A stretch of 64,000 nt of DNA from a virus. The notes beneath the pieces were generated by a model. The model worked only from the letters and a program-made list of their open reading frames with translations. It was not told the origin of the DNA and searched no databases. How positions within the stretch are numbered: position 1 is the first letter of the stretch; the number at the start of each line of letters is the position of its first letter. Where the stretch lies: the IMG/VR virus record IMGVR_UViG_3300027977_000009; one strand, written 5' to 3'. The translations under genes and the position numbers were made by a program. Shown here piece by piece: positions 60,411 through 64,000 of this stretch.

Positions 60411-60903
60411 TTACCTTTGCTAAACTTTTCTTGCGTTTCTCTTTAGCCATCTTCATACTTAAATTTCCTACCCTTTGATCGAACGTTACCCCAAGCAAGT
60501 GATCATACTCATGCAGGAACACCCGTGCCTCTAATCCAGCAAGTTCACGTTCAACAATCTGACCACTGACATCTTGATATTGCACGATGCACTCGGTTGG
60601 GCGCTTTACCTTCAACCAAAGATTAGGAAAACTCAAACAGCCTTCTATATCTACTTCACGCTGTTCAGATAGACCAACAATTTTTGGATTAATGCACACG
60701 ACTAGTTTAATGAAGTTGCCCATGACAAAAATACGCTTGCTGATGCCGCATTGTGGCGCGGCAAGTCCGACTCCGCCATTAATAGTCAATGTTTTGACCA
60801 TTTCGCTTACGAGTTCTTCGGGGCTGCCATCCACTTCAAAATCCCACGGCGACGAGACTTCTAACAGTTGTGGATCATTTTCGTTAAGTAGTTCTAAATT
60901 CAT
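60394..60903 (-). CDS. def: peptide deformylase
   Basis: GVGLAAPQ, EGCLS, HEYDHL.G. Confidence 0.95.
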   Translation of the reverse strand: MNLELLNENDPQLLEVSSPWDFEVDGSPEELVSEMVKTLTINGGVGLAAPQCGISKRIFVMGNFIKLVVCINPKIVGLSEQREVDIEGCLSFPNLWLKVKRPTECIVQYQDVSGQIVERELAGLEARVFLHEYDHLLGVTFDQRVGNLSMKMAKEKRKKSLAKVIKASV

Positions 60904-60925
60904 CGTGTTCTTCTTTAAATGTTAT

Positions 60926-61504
60926 TTATAATTCTATGTTTTCTGCTAAAAGATTAAGATGAACTACAACCAACATTGCGTAGGCAAGGCTATGCGAACG
61001 CTTAAAATGGTAGCCAGTATCATCTTTATCCCAGACGGTTTCGTTGATCTCTTTCCAAGACTTGTTTAATAGATGTCGTTTTGCAGGTCTGATTACTGCT
61101 AGAAACATCGCTAGTCTAGGAATAGAATCTATGGGTTCCGGCATTCGTCTGATTGTATTATATTGATTACCTAGGTGTATCAGTTGCTCGACAACTTTCC
61201 TATTTTTCAACATTGACCAATCTGGTTCTTGCATCAAGTTAATCAGATGTTCTTCGTCACGAACTAGATTGTAGACATGAACATTTAGTAAATCTAGTTT
61301 AAAATATCCACGATCTTCGGCTTCTTTGTAATCAAGAGATGACATATCATAAGTAGGGTCATATGGTATATCAGTGATATATACACCACTAGGATGCTTC
61401 CTAATAGGAGTTACATTGCGCATCGACGCAGGAATATATTTGATCAAGCCAAGTATCTTGTCACGGTCGCCGGTGTCAATGTCAACGTCTGAATCAATTC
61501 TCAT
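60926..61504 (-). CDS. DNA polymerase III alpha (DnaE)-like fragment 2
   Basis: SDVDID, KHPSGVYI, GYFKLDLL, LAVIRP, Y.FKRSHSLAYA. Confidence 0.8.
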   Translation of the reverse strand: MRIDSDVDIDTGDRDKILGLIKYIPASMRNVTPIRKHPSGVYITDIPYDPTYDMSSLDYKEAEDRGYFKLDLLNVHVYNLVRDEEHLINLMQEPDWSMLKNRKVVEQLIHLGNQYNTIRRMPEPIDSIPRLAMFLAVIRPAKRHLLNKSWKEINETVWDKDDTGYHFKRSHSLAYAMLVVVHLNLLAENIEL

Positions 61505-61786
61505 CTATTTCCATTTCAATAGAAACAAAACATACAACTTTTCGTCAACGATGTCAAACTTATCGGTAATCTTGTTATTAACAATATGCATCCTGAGACC
61601 ATAGTTTCGTTCTACATGCATACTGAAATCGTCAAGGTCGAAGTTTCTTACAAAGTCCTCGTCGATAGCCTCGAGGCGGACTTTCGTGATCATGTTCCAA
61701 TAGTCCTGTCGTTTCTTGCGAAACTCGATATCAGGATCATCTGAGTCAAAGTCTTCGATGTTACTAGGAACATTCATTCTCATCAC
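61505..61786 (-). CDS. hypothetical protein
   Basis: ends FLLKW. Confidence 0.6.
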   Translation of the reverse strand: MMRMNVPSNIEDFDSDDPDIEFRKKRQDYWNMITKVRLEAIDEDFVRNFDLDDFSMHVERNYGLRMHIVNNKITDKFDIVDEKLYVLFLLKWK

Positions 61787-62334
61787 TTGAGGTGAACAAA
61801 GCCTGCATTATAGAGTTTTTGATATGCACGCTGAACTACAATCGCTTGATGTTCAGCATCTTCTACTGCTTTGTGCGAGGTAACATGCCCACCGTCCTTG
61901 AGACTGACACCTGCAATATCATATATCGTGCGACAATCTCGAATAGCCCAAAACTGCCAGGGCACCCGCATCTCTAGGTCTTTGAAAGCCGACTCTGCGA
62001 TCATGATGTCAAACACAGATCCATTGGACCAGATATTCTTTTTGTTCCAACAGAACTTGTAAAGTTGTTCCATACATTCACGATAGCTAATACGATCACG
62101 GTCGCCCATCGCTTCGTTGATGGCTTCGGGACTCTGTTCACTCCACCAACGCAGGGTATCATCACTTATAGTGCGATTATATACATCGGTCTGCTCATCT
62201 ATCGTAGGACGAAGTTCTAGGCGCTCAATAACACCAGAACCCATTGGGTCAAAAAGTACCGCACCGACAGTGAGAATAACAGTTGACGTAGCTGTGTCAA
62301 GCGTTTCCATGTCTAGCATGATGGCAGTAGCCAT
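61783..62334 (-). CDS. DEDDh 3'-5' exonuclease (Rv2179c/DUF5051-like)
   Basis: MLDMETL, WSNG..FD, RDCRT, HKAVEDA. Confidence 0.85.
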   Translation of the reverse strand: MATAIMLDMETLDTATSTVILTVGAVLFDPMGSGVIERLELRPTIDEQTDVYNRTISDDTLRWWSEQSPEAINEAMGDRDRISYRECMEQLYKFCWNKKNIWSNGSVFDIMIAESAFKDLEMRVPWQFWAIRDCRTIYDIAGVSLKDGGHVTSHKAVEDAEHQAIVVQRAYQKLYNAGFVHLK

Positions 62335-62407
62335 ATAAAATATACCTTTCTTTTTAGTATATCATCATAATACACGATGATTTAGTGGATGTCAAGTACA
62401 AATAAAT

Positions 62408-62695
62408 CTATTCGCACAATTTATAGTGGGTATATGTCTTTTCATCTAATATGATGTAGCCGGATACTTTGAACCAATTGCCAAGATATCTCGGTTCCTT
62501 GTAATGGTCACGACACCACTGCTCTAGCTTTTCGGCGGTTCTAGATATACGTTCCGATCCGATCGGAATGCGAATGAACAGTCTGTCTTCCCAAACACCA
62601 TCTACATCAATCTTCTTCTTGATCTTCTGTGTCTGGGGCACTGCATCAATTATTTCATCTTGATAAGAAGTTAACCCCATACTAGTCTGAACCAT
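62408..62695 (-). CDS. hypothetical protein (start uncertain)
   Basis: ORF in array of small genes. Confidence 0.55.
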   Translation of the reverse strand: MVQTSMGLTSYQDEIIDAVPQTQKIKKKIDVDGVWEDRLFIRIPIGSERISRTAEKLEQWCRDHYKEPRYLGNWFKVSGYIILDEKTYTHYKLCE

Positions 62696-62928
62696 ATAAA
62701 ATCTCTCTCATATCTAAACTTAACTTTCCATATTCCGTCAACAAATCCCCACCTACTATGCTTTTCACAATTATCAATTTGGTTATATAACCAGTCAAGA
62801 AGGTCAGTATAGTAAACATGACCATTTGGGTCAAATACTACTGCTGTTTCATACCAACCCATATTAGTATTTTCCCAACCTTTACTGCTGTCGTAGTTTG
62901 CCAGCTGCTGATCTTGCATCAAGCCCAC
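62671..62928 (-). CDS. hypothetical protein
   Basis: ends FRYERDFIWFRLVW. Confidence 0.6.
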   Translation of the reverse strand: MGLMQDQQLANYDSSKGWENTNMGWYETAVVFDPNGHVYYTDLLDWLYNQIDNCEKHSRWGFVDGIWKVKFRYERDFIWFRLVWG

Positions 62929-63188
62929 CTCAATTTAAAAAGCATAGCATGTTTTTCTTCTTTAAACCAAAAACTAATGTCAGATTCACGATAATACTCC
63001 CAAACAATACGTTTAGTAGTATGGTTGTATCCGGAGTTCCCGAATGTCATATGGCACCAAGTGACCATTTCGAGTAGTTCAGAGAAAGAATACATGATTG
63101 GATTGGCACAATAGCTGGGATAGTCGGGCATCATACGCTGCACCGATATAATTTGTATCGTTCGAGCTACAGGTTCAAACTTGTCCAT
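62919..63188 (-). CDS. hypothetical protein
   Basis: ends FKEEKHAMLFKLRW. Confidence 0.6.
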   Translation of the reverse strand: MDKFEPVARTIQIISVQRMMPDYPSYCANPIMYSFSELLEMVTWCHMTFGNSGYNHTTKRIVWEYYRESDISFWFKEEKHAMLFKLRWA

Positions 63189-63403
63189 TATTTCATCAAC
63201 AAAAATATTATATATTTGGGTTCATCTACGATTTCAAATTCTCGGAAGGACCAGCGTAGCAACCGTATACCCCAAATTGGTTGTATGATGTCATTAACAT
63301 ATTCATTACTTGTGCCGATCTGTTTCCAGTCATATCCTGATTCCAACATCCAAATTACTAGATCATCAAATGCAGGTTCATTTAGTGTAAACCGAGACAG
63401 CAT
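63188..63403 (-). CDS. hypothetical protein
   Basis: ends IVDEPKYIIFLL. Confidence 0.6.
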   Translation of the reverse strand: MLSRFTLNEPAFDDLVIWMLESGYDWKQIGTSNEYVNDIIQPIWGIRLLRWSFREFEIVDEPKYIIFLLMK

Positions 63404-63411
63404 AACAAGTC

Positions 63412-64000
63412 TTAATATCCTGCTTCTGCTAATAGTTCCTTTACCTGAACAACGATGTCTGAACTACGCCTGAACTTTATAGCCCATTGTTCTGGGTTGA
63501 TGTATTCCAAAATCATTTTCTGCTGTGTTTCGTCTAGACTTTCTACCATTGTGATACCAGATTCGGTATGGTATAACATCCAAGGACTGATTCTTCCTGT
63601 AGTGATCTGATGGCAAATTTTATTACGATTGCCATAACGAAGATAGTCCCTACTTTGGATACGTTCGTCTTTGGCAAGCTCAATCGTAGTTTCTATGCTA
63701 CGAGCAATTGCGTCTAGTGGGTCTTCCGTCTTAAGATGGTCGATAATGAACTTAGTATAGCTATTGTCACTTGTCCAATTGTCAATCTTGATATCGTTCT
63801 TTAATAACCAATCAGCATATCTATTGACATTTAGGCACTTGATGTTGACACAATAATGACCAAACCTAACAAATGCTAGGTAATATGCAGACTTAGTGAA
63901 GTCAAGGTATGTCTTAGATTTCTTTGTGGCAGTGTTCTTTGCATAAAACCTGACCCAAGATTGGAAACCAATACGGTTGCCCGGCAAGTCTTTATCCTGC
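63412..64000 (-). CDS. hypothetical protein, probably 5'-truncated by window edge
   Basis: frame appears open to the window end; GRISPW motif. Confidence 0.6.
   Translation of the reverse strand, partial: QDKDLPGNRIGFQSWVRFYAKNTATKKSKTYLDFTKSAYYLAFVRFGHYCVNIKCLNVNRYADWLLKNDIKIDNWTSDNSYTKFIIDHLKTEDPLDAIARSIETTIELAKDERIQSRDYLRYGNRNKICHQITTGRISPWMLYHTESGITMVESLDETQQKMILEYINPEQWAIKFRRSSDIVVQVKELLAEAGY

Noticed and set aside
1-64000. tRNA or rRNA genes
   Set aside because: None recognised by eye in the short intergenic gaps; tRNAscan-SE was not run

Overview
This window is a segment of a large T4-like (myovirus/jumbo-type) bacteriophage genome, about 40% GC by eye, in the standard genetic code, with almost all genes on the minus strand. 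It encodes a T4-type replisome: family-B polymerase, clamp, clamp loader, helicase and primase. It also carries a TGT/DpdA-QueD-glycosyltransferase-GuaC cluster, chaperone and auxiliary genes (ClpA, DnaJ, GroES, Def, IscA, Dps, PhoH, Hc1-like), tail and lysis genes, and four intact plus one decayed free-standing endonucleases. Five features stand out. (1) PolB and ClpA are each fractured into two genes joined by a split intein, with a related Vsr-like endonuclease gene in the gap; the ClpA intein is atypically split, with a 28-aa N-fragment. (2) A ~70-nt structured leader with compensatory base changes precedes both an HNH and a GIY-YIG gene 42 kb apart, each sitting back-to-back with a late promoter. 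(3) About 15 proteins start with an M-(R/K)-x-x-E-(F/L/I)-x-x-E peptide or a variant, resembling the T4 capsid-targeting sequence; several look like polyproteins of unrelated domains separated by x-x-E linkers. (4) A minimal DnaE core is encoded as two distant genes. (5) There are leaderless sigma70-type transcripts and an ATT start codon. All assignments come from motif recognition by eye; no searches were run.
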